From the NCBI GenBank assembly GCA_039680575.1, contig JBDKSP010000046.1, forward strand, positions 1-54,263: 54,263 nt of DNA, in the 5' to 3' direction. Shown here piece by piece: positions 1 through 9,053 of the stretch; position 1 is the stretch's first letter, and every line of letters begins with the position of its first letter. The DNA comes from Armatimonadota bacterium (GTDB lineage: Bacteria; Armatimonadota; UBA5829; DTLH01). The notes beneath the pieces are model-generated. The model did not search any database. It was not told the DNA's origin and saw nothing but the letters and a program-made list of their open reading frames with translations. A program made the translations under genes and the position numbers.

Positions 1-361
1 CAGTGATAGGCGGATAGTCCAGCCGTGGCGTCTCAGCACCTTTTTCGAGTGCGATAGAAACAGTGTGAGGTATCTGCGTAGTAATGTCGTGGAAAGCCAG
101 AGCCGAAACAAGACAGATAACTGCCCTCGGAATGCGTGCTGCTACAGTCACAATATCAATATTGGATACTGGCTGCTGATCTGCCAGCCGATATACGCCA
201 CGTGATATCTGCGCCAGTTCTCCCGCGTCACGAAGTTCGTAAAGGGTACGCGGGTGAATACCTGCCTGAATGGCTTCAGCAGTCCGGATGATCCCGCTTT
301 TCTCTCTTACCAGACGTTTCGCGTCTTCCTTTGCGGAAGCGGTTGGACCTCGTTTTTTCAT
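1..361 (-). CDS. abiEi: AbiEi-family type IV toxin-antitoxin antitoxin/transcriptional regulator (5' part; runs off the window)
   Basis: Manual translation from ATG 361: MKKRGPTASAKEDAKRLVREKSGIIRTAEAIQAGIHPRTLYELRDAGELAQISRGVYRL...VICLVSALAFHDITTQIPHTVSIAL...PRLDYPPIT, open to position 1. The wHTH with RGVYRL and the CLxSALxFH-TTQIP motif are typical of AbiEi. Not in the ORF track because its stop lies outside the window. Confidence 0.85.
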   Translation of the reverse strand, partial: MKKRGPTASAKEDAKRLVREKSGIIRTAEAIQAGIHPRTLYELRDAGELAQISRGVYRLADQQPVSNIDIVTVAARIPRAVICLVSALAFHDITTQIPHTVSIALEKGAETPRLDYPPIT

Positions 362-409
362 GGATAGAATTACCTACGCTTGTTGCTCACTATAGGTATT
401 ATTATCCAT
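360..409. promoter_or_regulatory. Imperfect inverted repeat, probable AbiEi autoregulatory operator
   Basis: ATGGATAGAATTACCTA (360-376) / TAGGTATTATTATCCAT (393-409), 14/17 complementary. It overlaps a minus-strand TTGATT(426-421)-N17-AATAAT(403-398) promoter-like element. AbiEi proteins are known to bind inverted repeats in their own promoter. Confidence 0.55.
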
Positions 410-455
410 ACGGCAGAAAAAATCAAGTGCATTCTCGCTTTGTATTCAGATTGAT

Positions 456-484
456 TTGACAGACGATCATTAAGAGGATATATT
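456..484 (+). promoter_or_regulatory. Sigma70-type promoter for the OLD/UvrD pair
   Basis: TTGACA (456-461), 17-bp spacer, TATATT (479-484), about 160 bp upstream of the 644 start. Confidence 0.6.
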
Positions 485-643
485 ACGGCAGAGCTTCACA
501 CGCCCGCTTCACTGTTCTGATGACCTCAGATCAGGTGAGCGAAACTATCTACAATATGACCTACTGCGCTCAAGTCTCGCATACCGCAGCATTACCGCAT
601 ACGCTGAGATTATGAATGCTAACGAAGGTCTGGGAGGGCAAGT

Positions 644-2707
644 TTGCGCATTGGCTCAATAACACTCCGTAGCTTCCAATGCTTCGGACCTGAAGATACA
701 GTGGTGCAACTGGATGACCTCACATGCCTTATCGGTATGAACGGGGCCGGAAAGACTGCAATATTGAGAGCACTATGCCGCCTGTTTGGCGCTAGCCAGA
801 CCTCGCGCAAGCTGCGCCCTACGGATTTCCACGTTCCTCTCGGCGAGAAGTTGGAGAGTAGAGAGGAACGCGAGCTAATGATAGAAGCGCGACTCGACTT
901 TCCTGAGTTGATGGAATGCGGCGAAGATATTGCAGAATGCACTATTCCTCCATCTTTTCAACAAATGGTTGTTTCGGAGCCCGGGTCGGCGCCGTACTGC
1001 CGTATAAGGCTTGAGGGAAAATGGACACAAACTGGGGTAGACTCAGGCGATATTGAAGAAAAGCTGTGGTGGATAACATCATCGGAAGCGGACCCTGAAG
1101 GGTGCAGGATTAACGTACGACCTCATGATCGAGCAAGAATCCAAGTCCACTATGTTCCTGCTAGCCGTGATACTGCAACGCAACTAGCCAATGTTTCAGG
1201 GACAATGCTCCACGAATTGCTGTCCGCTGTGAAGTGGACAGATGAAATGCGCGATCAGGCGAAAGAAGCGGCAACGCGCTTACATGATCTGTTGGTAAGC
1301 GTTCCTGCTGTAGATTACATCAACTCGGCCACCAAACAGAATTGGAATGAGTTATATACTGACCGAACTTACAGCACGCCTTCTCTCAGCTTCACATCCA
1401 GCGACCTTGATGATGTGCTAAAGAATGCTCAGATCGTATTTGGGCCATCACACGAGAATGCAGATCACGATTGCAGAAGATTGAGTGAGGGCCAGCAGTC
1501 GTTATTCTACTTCGCATTCATCAACACGATATTCACCATAAGTAGACAGGTCTATTCAGCCAACTGCAGTGGATTACCAGAAGCCGGTGACAACATACAT
1601 ATAACCGATTGCATATCCTGCGAGAAACTGCGACCTTCACCTTTGACAGTGTTCGCAGTGGAAGAACCCGAAAACCACTTGGGCCCCCATTATCTCGGTA
1701 GAGTGATGAAGCAACTTTCGAGGATCGCGGACAATGAGAGCGCCCAGGTGGTATTGACCAGTCACTCTGCATCTATTGTGTCACGAGTAGATCCTGAGAA
1801 GATCAGATACCTTCGAATGGATAACGAATCTTGCGTGTCTGAGGTAAAGTCCATAGTGCTTCCTTCAGGACAACCAGAAGCCTGTAAGTTCGTGAAAGAA
1901 GCCGTTAGGACATTCCCAGAGCTGTACTTCGCACGTCTGGTTATTCTGTGCGAAGGTGATTCAGAAGAACTGTTACTGCCGAAGCTCGCTGCCGCTATGG
2001 GCGAAGAGCTGGATTTGGCATTCATTAGCGTTGTCCCGCTTGGCGGGCGTTATGTAAACCATTTGTGGCGCCTACTGACGGATCTCCATATTCCTTTCGT
2101 TACCTTGCTAGACCTAGACAGAGAGAGGAAGACAGGAGGTTGGGCGACGATAAAATACGTCCTGAATGAGTTGCTGGCGCTGGATGATGCCGAGGAATAT
2201 CGTAATACACTATTCACAGTAGGTGAGGATAGCCAAGCAGCCATTACTAATGAGGGACTGGCCTCCATGCACAATAACGACGATAAAGACACTTTTGGGA
2301 TCAAGGCTTGGTGCAGCAAGCTGAGATCATACGATGTGTTCTTCTCTGAGCCTTTGGATATCGACTTCATGATGTTGAAAGCATTTCCTGCAGCATATCA
2401 GTCCACAGTTGCTGACAACGCAGGACCTGACGGTTTTGAGAACGGGCATCCAACAGAAGAACGAGTGTGTAAAGCGGTCACTGCCGCTTTAGGGAAAGAG
2501 GGCGGAGACGGCAGCAGTTATTCGAGGGATGAGCTGGAGTTGTTTCCTTGGTATACCTATTTGTTCTACGGGCGTGGGAAACCAACAACACATACTCTGG
2601 GATGGCTACGAATCACAGAACTCCAAGACTCCGTGCAACTGCCGGAGCCAATGCAAGCCTTGATGAATCGGATGAAGAGCAAGTTATCTGAGGTAGCAGA
2701 ATCGTGA
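644..2707 (+). CDS. gajA: OLD-family ATP-dependent endonuclease (ABC ATPase + TOPRIM), Gabija GajA-like
   Basis: Walker A GMNGAGKT, signature-like LSEGQQ, Walker B AVEEPENHL, H-loop TSHS, TOPRIM LCEGDSE and LDLD. 4-bp overlap with the downstream UvrD gene. Confidence 0.85.
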   Translation: MRIGSITLRSFQCFGPEDTVVQLDDLTCLIGMNGAGKTAILRALCRLFGASQTSRKLRPTDFHVPLGEKLESREERELMIEARLDFPELMECGEDIAECTIPPSFQQMVVSEPGSAPYCRIRLEGKWTQTGVDSGDIEEKLWWITSSEADPEGCRINVRPHDRARIQVHYVPASRDTATQLANVSGTMLHELLSAVKWTDEMRDQAKEAATRLHDLLVSVPAVDYINSATKQNWNELYTDRTYSTPSLSFTSSDLDDVLKNAQIVFGPSHENADHDCRRLSEGQQSLFYFAFINTIFTISRQVYSANCSGLPEAGDNIHITDCISCEKLRPSPLTVFAVEEPENHLGPHYLGRVMKQLSRIADNESAQVVLTSHSASIVSRVDPEKIRYLRMDNESCVSEVKSIVLPSGQPEACKFVKEAVRTFPELYFARLVILCEGDSEELLLPKLAAAMGEELDLAFISVVPLGGRYVNHLWRLLTDLHIPFVTLLDLDRERKTGGWATIKYVLNELLALDDAEEYRNTLFTVGEDSQAAITNEGLASMHNNDDKDTFGIKAWCSKLRSYDVFFSEPLDIDFMMLKAFPAAYQSTVADNAGPDGFENGHPTEERVCKAVTAALGKEGGDGSSYSRDELELFPWYTYLFYGRGKPTTHTLGWLRITELQDSVQLPEPMQALMNRMKSKLSEVAES

Positions 2708-4629
2708 CCACTTCGCCGCCAGCATCCCCTGAGAACTGGCAACCTGTGGAAGGTATGTCATTTGAGAAGAATGCATTAGCTGCTCTCAGATCAGATATCA
2801 ACCAGTTGGTGGTCGCAGGACCTGGTGCAGGCAAAACCGAACTGCTTGCTCAGCGGGCATTTTATCTCTTACAGACCGGATTGTGCTGGCATCCAAGGCG
2901 CATTCTAGCGATAAGTTTCAAGAGAGATGCCGCCAATAACCTCAGGGAACGTGTGGAACTCCGCTGTGGGAAAGAGCTTGCCGCTAGGTTCGATTCTCTG
3001 ACCTATGATGCGTTTGCTAAAAGCCTGCTCGATAGGTTCCGAGAGGGTTTGCCACATTTATACCGACCCCCTGCCAATTACGACGTTGCTTCAGACAATG
3101 AAGGATATTCGGAGATGCATCGTCGCATTCAGGAGGCACTGCGGCGCCTTGATCCTCCCCTAGGTCTAGAAGGTATCGAGGCTTTACGACGCTTTAGAGC
3201 AAAGGACTTCGCCGAACGACATCTGTACTCTCGCTCAATAGCCTCTCACGAGCAGATAGCAGATGCGGTGCAGTGGGCGGCAGTTCACATATGGCAAGAG
3301 CTAATTGCTGCGGATAAATGCATAATACCGTTCGATATGGTCGAGAGACTTGCAGCTCACGTCCTAATATGCAATCCGTTGCTACTTAAGGCACTTACAT
3401 TGACCTATTCACATGTGTTCCTAGATGAGTTCCAAGATACTACTGGTGCTCAATTTGACCTCCTTTGTAGCAGCTTCCTTGGCTCTAGTGCGATCATAAC
3501 CGCCGTAGGCGATAACAAGCAGCGGATCATGCTCTGGGCGGGAGCCATGAAAGAAAGTTTCACCGCTTATGAAGAGGCATTTGATGCGGCAAGGCTTCCT
3601 CTTTTCTGTAATTACAGGTCTGATTCCGAACTAGTAAGAATCCAACATTTTCTGGTGGATACAATTGATCCGCAAGCCGGTCAGACAATCGCATCAGGTG
3701 TAAACGATTCAGGAGATGGCGTTTGCAGCATATTGGTGTTCGAAGATAGCAACCAGGAAGCGTTGTATCTGGCTAACCTGATCAAAGGCTTGCTACAAGA
3801 GGGTGTGAGACCAGGTGACATCTGTCTCCTCTCTCGAATCAAGCCTGACGCATATTGTAGCAAATTGCTTGATGAACTCCAGCATAATGGGATAAAGTGC
3901 AGGATTGAGGTGGCTTACCAAGATCTGATAAGGGATGAATTGATAGCTGCTGTGCTAGCTATACTTCGTCTCGCATCTTCCAAATCATCTCCAGAGTCTT
4001 GGGAGACGGCATTGCAGTTGTCCTGTCTCCTGGCTGGAGGCGACCCTGAAGACAATTCCGTGATGTACATGCAGGAAGATCGGCTTTCATCTTTCGTTTC
4101 TGATATGAAAGGAAAGATGAAAGTCACGATCAACGACGTTCGTGGAATGAAGGAGCTTGTAAGCACCATCACGAAATACTACGGTCATCACGCTCTTCGA
4201 TCCCATTTTCAGCAATACCGAAATGCATCCAGCTTCAGTCGTGCGATGAATCGCTTCTGTGAGTTGCTGTGGGCCAGTTATGCTTCAACAGGTTCTTGGC
4301 TGCAGGCTTTGGATGACTTTGAAGGTGCCAATAGCATTCCTGCTATGACTGTGCACAAGAGCAAAGGCCTTGAGTACCATACAGTAATCTTCATAGGATT
4401 AGAGGACAAAGCCTGGATAAACTTCGCTGAACAAGAGGAAGAGCATCAATGCACGTTCTTCGTAGCGTTTTCCCGAGCGAAGCAGCGGGTCTACTTTACA
4501 TACTGCAAATTGAGACCCGAGCAAAGGAATGCAGTGCCGCTGCCGCAGTCACGGGACAGGATCGCTTCGCTCTACAATATGCTACTCAGAGCAGGTGTCA
4601 CCGAAAAGCAAAACGTGAAGAACCTATAG
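2704..4629 (+). CDS. gajB: UvrD/REP SF1 helicase, Gabija GajB-like
   Basis: AGPGAGKT, LDEFQD, VGDNKQRIM, NYRS, MTVHKSKGLEY, FVAFSRAK motifs. Coupled to the OLD gene. Confidence 0.85.
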   Translation: MTTSPPASPENWQPVEGMSFEKNALAALRSDINQLVVAGPGAGKTELLAQRAFYLLQTGLCWHPRRILAISFKRDAANNLRERVELRCGKELAARFDSLTYDAFAKSLLDRFREGLPHLYRPPANYDVASDNEGYSEMHRRIQEALRRLDPPLGLEGIEALRRFRAKDFAERHLYSRSIASHEQIADAVQWAAVHIWQELIAADKCIIPFDMVERLAAHVLICNPLLLKALTLTYSHVFLDEFQDTTGAQFDLLCSSFLGSSAIITAVGDNKQRIMLWAGAMKESFTAYEEAFDAARLPLFCNYRSDSELVRIQHFLVDTIDPQAGQTIASGVNDSGDGVCSILVFEDSNQEALYLANLIKGLLQEGVRPGDICLLSRIKPDAYCSKLLDELQHNGIKCRIEVAYQDLIRDELIAAVLAILRLASSKSSPESWETALQLSCLLAGGDPEDNSVMYMQEDRLSSFVSDMKGKMKVTINDVRGMKELVSTITKYYGHHALRSHFQQYRNASSFSRAMNRFCELLWASYASTGSWLQALDDFEGANSIPAMTVHKSKGLEYHTVIFIGLEDKAWINFAEQEEEHQCTFFVAFSRAKQRVYFTYCKLRPEQRNAVPLPQSRDRIASLYNMLLRAGVTEKQNVKNL

Positions 4630-4690
4630 GCAGATGCCACAGTGGCAAGATCCTCTCAAGCTGTTTTACAACTCAGACTAGCCGTTGATC

Positions 4691-4734
4691 GTACAATCCG
4701 TCGGTATATATCGATAGCTACCGACGAATTGTAC
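4691..4734. repeat. 16-bp inverted repeat (hairpin) downstream of the helicase
   Basis: GTACAATCCGTCGGTA (4691-4706) / TACCGACGAATTGTAC (4719-4734), 15/16 complementary. The loop contains the palindrome TATCGATA. Confidence 0.8.
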
Positions 4735-4939
4735 AAGGAACGTTGAGTGATATCGGAACTCACCACAAATGAATTGGTGGTTGTTTCCAATATCCATCAT
4801 TTCCCCAGTATTGGATCTTCGCGAGCCACAAGAGGGTCAAGCCAGGCGATCTTTCCAGTGTCTAGGCGCGCCGGGATTCTATTGATTGTTCGGGAAGCCA
4901 AGAGAGGCTCATACTCTAGACGCGCGGCTGGACGAAGAC

Positions 4940-4968
4940 TTGAATGTGTGTTCCGATAGAGGTAATAT
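4940..4968 (+). promoter_or_regulatory. Putative sigma70 promoter of the methyltransferase
   Basis: TTGAAT-N17-TAATAT, about 80 bp before ATG 5050. Confidence 0.45.
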
Positions 4969-5049
4969 ATTTATCTATATTGCGTCGCAAACTCAAGTCA
5001 TGTCGTGCCGTGGCCGAATCTATTCACACCCATAAGGAGATTTCCCGAA

Positions 5050-5796
5050 ATGGACATTCCACGGATATTCAACATCACCGAAAGTGCTCACCGCATCCAT
5101 AACCCGTTCACACCCGAGAAGCTCGCCACTCTCGGCGCGGCGCTGCGTCTGGAAACGGGGACCCGAGTGCTCGACCTCGGCAGCGGTTCGGGGGAGATGC
5201 TGTGCACCTGGGCACGCGATTACGGAGTCATCGGCACCGGCATCGACATGAGCCAGCTGTTCACCGAGCAAGCGAAACTCCGCGCTGAAGAACTCGGAGT
5301 CACCGACCGAGTCGAATTCATCCACGGCGACGCTGCCGGCTACGTCTCGGACGACAAGGTTGGTGTGGCGGCCTGTGTCGGTGCCACGTGGATCGGTGGG
5401 GGAGTCGCCGGCACTATTGAGCTTCTGGCGCGGAGCCTGCGCCCCGGAGGGATCATACTCATCGGCGAGCCCTACTGGCGACAGTTACCGCCGACGGAAG
5501 ATGTTGCCAAGGGGTGCGGTGCCGGTTCAATTTCCGACTTTCTTATGCTTCCAGAACTTCTCGCGTCTTTTGGCCACCTTGGCTACGACGTCGTTGAGAT
5601 GGTTCTGGCTGACCAAGACGGCTGGGACAGATACGAGGCGGCCAAATGGCTCACCATGCGCCGATGGCTTGAGGCCAATCCCGACGACGAGCTCGCGAAA
5701 GACGTTAGAGCCAAACTGACCTCGGAACCCGATCTCTATGCCGCTTACACGCGTGAATACCTGGGCTGGGGTGTGTTCGCGCTGATGACGCGGTGA
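5050..5796 (+). CDS. Class I SAM-dependent methyltransferase, YjhP-like
   Basis: VLDLGSGSG motif I. N-terminus MDIPRIFNITESAHRIHNPFT resembles E. coli YjhP. Start moved to ATG 5050, which follows AAGGAG. Confidence 0.85.
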   Translation: MDIPRIFNITESAHRIHNPFTPEKLATLGAALRLETGTRVLDLGSGSGEMLCTWARDYGVIGTGIDMSQLFTEQAKLRAEELGVTDRVEFIHGDAAGYVSDDKVGVAACVGATWIGGGVAGTIELLARSLRPGGIILIGEPYWRQLPPTEDVAKGCGAGSISDFLMLPELLASFGHLGYDVVEMVLADQDGWDRYEAAKWLTMRRWLEANPDDELAKDVRAKLTSEPDLYAAYTREYLGWGVFALMTR

Positions 5797-5965
5797 TGAG
5801 TTGTGGCATCCGGCGGATTGTCAACGGCTGTGTCGCCACTATCAAGTGGAAGCTGCCTGATCTATCAATACAAACACCACTCTGCTACTGCCTGACCAAA
5901 CCGGCAAGCCGCTTCATTACGTCTTCATGATTACTACCATACATGGGTCATTATTGCATGCTGAT

Positions 5966-7111
5966 TCACAGATCATCATCTTCACCGCTGTCATCATACC
6001 GCTTGCCCAGTATTGGATCCTCGCGCGCCACTAGAGGATCGAGCCAGGCGATCTTTTCCCTGGCCCAGGCTATGTAGTCCAAGAGTCTGTCCCGCTTCCG
6101 ATTGTCGGTTTCATTTTGAGCCTGCTTTTCCAAGTCAACCACATACTGCTCAATTACCCGAGCCTTTTGCCAATCGAGAGCGTTTTCTTCCAGAACCTGG
6201 AATCGTTCCATCTCTTCTCTCTGTCGCTCTTCTCGTTCCTGTCGTTCCAGCTCTCGCTGCCATCGGAGTTGTTCTTCGCGACGCCGCTCTTCACGTAACG
6301 TTCTCAGAGCATTAGCACACTCCATAAGGCCAATTACATAAGAACCCGCTTCACTCTCCAGTTGCTTCCTTTTGGTGTCGCGCCAGTTTTTACGCGGTGC
6401 GTGATATTGCTCAATTGCCAGTGTCAAATCGTGTTCTTTGCTCCTCAGACGAATCCGCATCGGTTCTCCGAACCACACGACATACGTATGCCCATCCTTC
6501 TCGTCCAGCTTTATGGAGCCACCGAGTTCTTCAACCGCATGGAATATGACATTGAGCAGGCGATAGGCACGAGGCATATCATCTGGCTGCACATTGACAT
6601 CCAGGATCTTCTTGTACCAGGTATCCCAATAGTCGAGATCAGATTTGTAATCATTCCCCCAGTAGTCGAGCGACTTGCCTTTACGTTCCATACGCTTGTG
6701 CTCTGCCCGAACTTCCTGATCCTGCTTGATCAGCGGGTGTGGGTTTGTGAGTCGGTCTTTCACCTGCAGGTTATCACAAAGCTGCAGCACTCTGCTTCGC
6801 TCCTCATCTTCCAAGAACACCAAGCGCTCCTGCGTCTTGGATTGAACAACCGGACGAGGTCGATCTAGTGACGGTGATACTCGACGTATCTTTTGGGGAC
6901 CATCGTAAGTCGGCAATGGTGTTCGCGGCAGTGTCTGTCCAGCGCTTACCTTTGCCCAATACCCCCGCGGCGGCACAGGCACTTGCAGCCGCTTACATGC
7001 TTTGTGAATGGCAACATCGGAAACGCCATATCGCGTGGCGACAGTAGTAACGGGTTCTGACCAAACCTCCTCGTGCAGCTTGTCGCGATCATAGTAATTG
7101 TCAATTACCAC
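5966..7111 (-). CDS. Hypothetical protein with N-terminal HTH-like motif and C-terminal charged coiled coil
   Basis: N-terminal LHEEVWSEPVTTVATRYGVSDVAIHKACKRLQVPVPPRGYWAK is a recurrent HTH-like motif in mobile-element proteins. E/R-rich helix; ends in WAREKIAWLDPL. Confidence 0.7.
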   Translation of the reverse strand: MVIDNYYDRDKLHEEVWSEPVTTVATRYGVSDVAIHKACKRLQVPVPPRGYWAKVSAGQTLPRTPLPTYDGPQKIRRVSPSLDRPRPVVQSKTQERLVFLEDEERSRVLQLCDNLQVKDRLTNPHPLIKQDQEVRAEHKRMERKGKSLDYWGNDYKSDLDYWDTWYKKILDVNVQPDDMPRAYRLLNVIFHAVEELGGSIKLDEKDGHTYVVWFGEPMRIRLRSKEHDLTLAIEQYHAPRKNWRDTKRKQLESEAGSYVIGLMECANALRTLREERRREEQLRWQRELERQEREERQREEMERFQVLEENALDWQKARVIEQYVVDLEKQAQNETDNRKRDRLLDYIAWAREKIAWLDPLVAREDPILGKRYDDSGEDDDL

Positions 7112-7156
7112 TGCTTCACCTCATCAGCTGAATGCATGTTAGCTGCTAACGTGCCC

Positions 7157-7987
7157 TTAAATGCATGTGTCGGCAATCTGTTGAGCCAATATTTGGAACC
7201 ACTGGAACCTGGTCTTACCATCAAAGAAAGCGTTGGCATTAACTCGGCCGGAGGTGGACGGAACAACGAACACTCGGGATGCCCCGATGCTTTGACCGGT
7301 CAATCCAAAATGATGGCGCCTAGAGCCAGCAAAGGCTATGTATGCATTCTTGCCATTGAAGTAGACGATTCTGGGGCTGAAAGCCAATACCTTCTTTATC
7401 AGCAATGGAGCACCGCCCGATAGCTCTGACTGGAGCAGGTTGGAATCATCTCCCGTGTGCCTGTTTTTCACCATATCGGTTAGCCCTATCCCATATTCAG
7501 AGAGTCGCCAATCATCCTCGGGATTTAATAACACTGGAACAATACCAGCCTGGTAGATGCATTTGTAGAATGCGTTGTTATAGCCTGAGTAGTAATGTTT
7601 CCGGGCGGCAGAGACATCGCCTGCAGCCGTTCCGACAAAGACAATGTCCAGCCCATCTTTGAGATAATCCGGCAGCACATGCGTGTGATAAACTTCCACC
7701 TGCGGATCAGACATATCGGCTTTGGAAGATTCAGCCCGAAAAGCCGGTGATTGGTTTTTGAAACCACATAGTCTGATACACCAACGACCGTTAGGTGACT
7801 GATGCTGACCATCGATCTGCCCCTTACGCAGCAGGTTGCGCAGCGGTAGCCCTGGTCTGCTGGCTGAATTCCGTAGCAGACCCACCTGATGAAGCCACTG
7901 TGCCGCCTCAACCGCAGTCACTTCGCTGAGATCATCCGTTTGCAGCCTGTCCTGAAGGTATCGATTAATAGCATTCACGTCAGCCAT
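7157..7987 (-). CDS. Mismatch-specific uracil/thymine DNA glycosylase (MUG/TDG family) with extra N-terminal domain
   Basis: VLPDYLKDGLDIVFVGTAAG...HYYSG.NNAFY...YGIGLTDMVK...FNGK...VVPSTSG motifs. About 100-aa N-terminal extension. Confidence 0.8.
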   Translation of the reverse strand: MADVNAINRYLQDRLQTDDLSEVTAVEAAQWLHQVGLLRNSASRPGLPLRNLLRKGQIDGQHQSPNGRWCIRLCGFKNQSPAFRAESSKADMSDPQVEVYHTHVLPDYLKDGLDIVFVGTAAGDVSAARKHYYSGYNNAFYKCIYQAGIVPVLLNPEDDWRLSEYGIGLTDMVKNRHTGDDSNLLQSELSGGAPLLIKKVLAFSPRIVYFNGKNAYIAFAGSRRHHFGLTGQSIGASRVFVVPSTSGRVNANAFFDGKTRFQWFQILAQQIADTCI

Positions 7988-7991
7988 GCAG

Positions 7992-9011
7992 TCATTTCCT
8001 CCCAGTGTGGAAGATCACCGCTTGATCCAACAATGGCAACTTCCTCAGCTTGAACTTCCGTTCGAACAGATCATCGGATTCGGACTCAATTTCAATCAGA
8101 CCCAGAAACTGTGCAAATCCCCTGAGGCAGCGCGAGGAATAGCAGTTTCGCACCGTCTCTTCAGGAGTGCTGTATGATAGTTGCGGAACCTCTCTCATCA
8201 CAACTGGAAATGCATCAAGGAAAGCATCCTCATAGAAATCGTTCGGTCGCCACTTATTGCCGTAAAGTTGCAACAGGTAGAGGGTGAACAGAAACGAGTG
8301 CTGGATCAAGTCAATCTCTGGATAGCCGTCCCGGTAGCCCCAGTTGAACTGCTCAGCATAAGTCCTCAAGAGTCGAGGATAGATGCCGGCCATGCCATGC
8401 TCATTCAGTATCTTGCTGCAGTTGCGACTCAGAATAAACTTGCCCTTATACTTACGCACTAACCCGGCGAGTTCGGCCACAATGCGAATGGCATGCATAT
8501 CGTAGAAGTCTGTCTCAGTGTGGATATCGCCGAATCGGGTGTGCTCGCGATATCCCTCCTCACCCCAATATGCCAGCTCAGCTTCGCGCAGAAGCTTTTG
8601 CGGTAAATTGCCGGTGGCCGTCGGTTTGAGCCCCTTGTCGCCAATTGCGTCAGTTAACAGCTGAAACAGCGTCAGAATAGGTGCGGATGGCGAAGCATCG
8701 AGATAAGATGGGCATGTAATCAGTTTCGGGGAATCAAAAGGATGATACAACAACCTACCTATCTGATCTGACGAGAGCCCGTGAAACTCATCCCTAGGTA
8801 CTCTGTTACGCTGCTGCATATAATCATTCAAAAAGGTCTGAGCCTCTTCCCGTGATTTGAAGTCCTTTCCCTGTATCTCCCGATGCACGTCTTCAAAGAG
8901 CTCTTGCCCCAAGTCCGATGGCGCAGAGGCCACTTCACGGCCGAGGCAGCATTTTTTGTATTTCAGTCCACTGCCACACGGACACGGATCATTTCTTCCC
9001 ACGTTACGCAT
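7992..9011 (-). CDS. SEC-C motif (zinc-binding) protein
   Basis: N-terminal VGRNDPCPCGSGLKYKKCC. The rest is an uncharacterised domain (NRVPRDEFHGLS, LKPTATGNLP). Confidence 0.8.
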   Translation of the reverse strand: MRNVGRNDPCPCGSGLKYKKCCLGREVASAPSDLGQELFEDVHREIQGKDFKSREEAQTFLNDYMQQRNRVPRDEFHGLSSDQIGRLLYHPFDSPKLITCPSYLDASPSAPILTLFQLLTDAIGDKGLKPTATGNLPQKLLREAELAYWGEEGYREHTRFGDIHTETDFYDMHAIRIVAELAGLVRKYKGKFILSRNCSKILNEHGMAGIYPRLLRTYAEQFNWGYRDGYPEIDLIQHSFLFTLYLLQLYGNKWRPNDFYEDAFLDAFPVVMREVPQLSYSTPEETVRNCYSSRCLRGFAQFLGLIEIESESDDLFERKFKLRKLPLLDQAVIFHTGRK

Positions 9012-9053
9012 AGACTCGCACCTTTTGCCGATACCTATCCAGTCCAGACTTTT

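Noticed and set aside
4666..4748. Integron attC site
   Set aside because: GTTGAGT fits GTTRRRY, but there is no clean RYYYAAC inverse core, no second copy and no integron integrase in the window.
4747..4959. 70-aa ORF between the helicase and the methyltransferase
   Set aside because: No RBS or motif, and it overlaps a promoter-like element; probably spurious.
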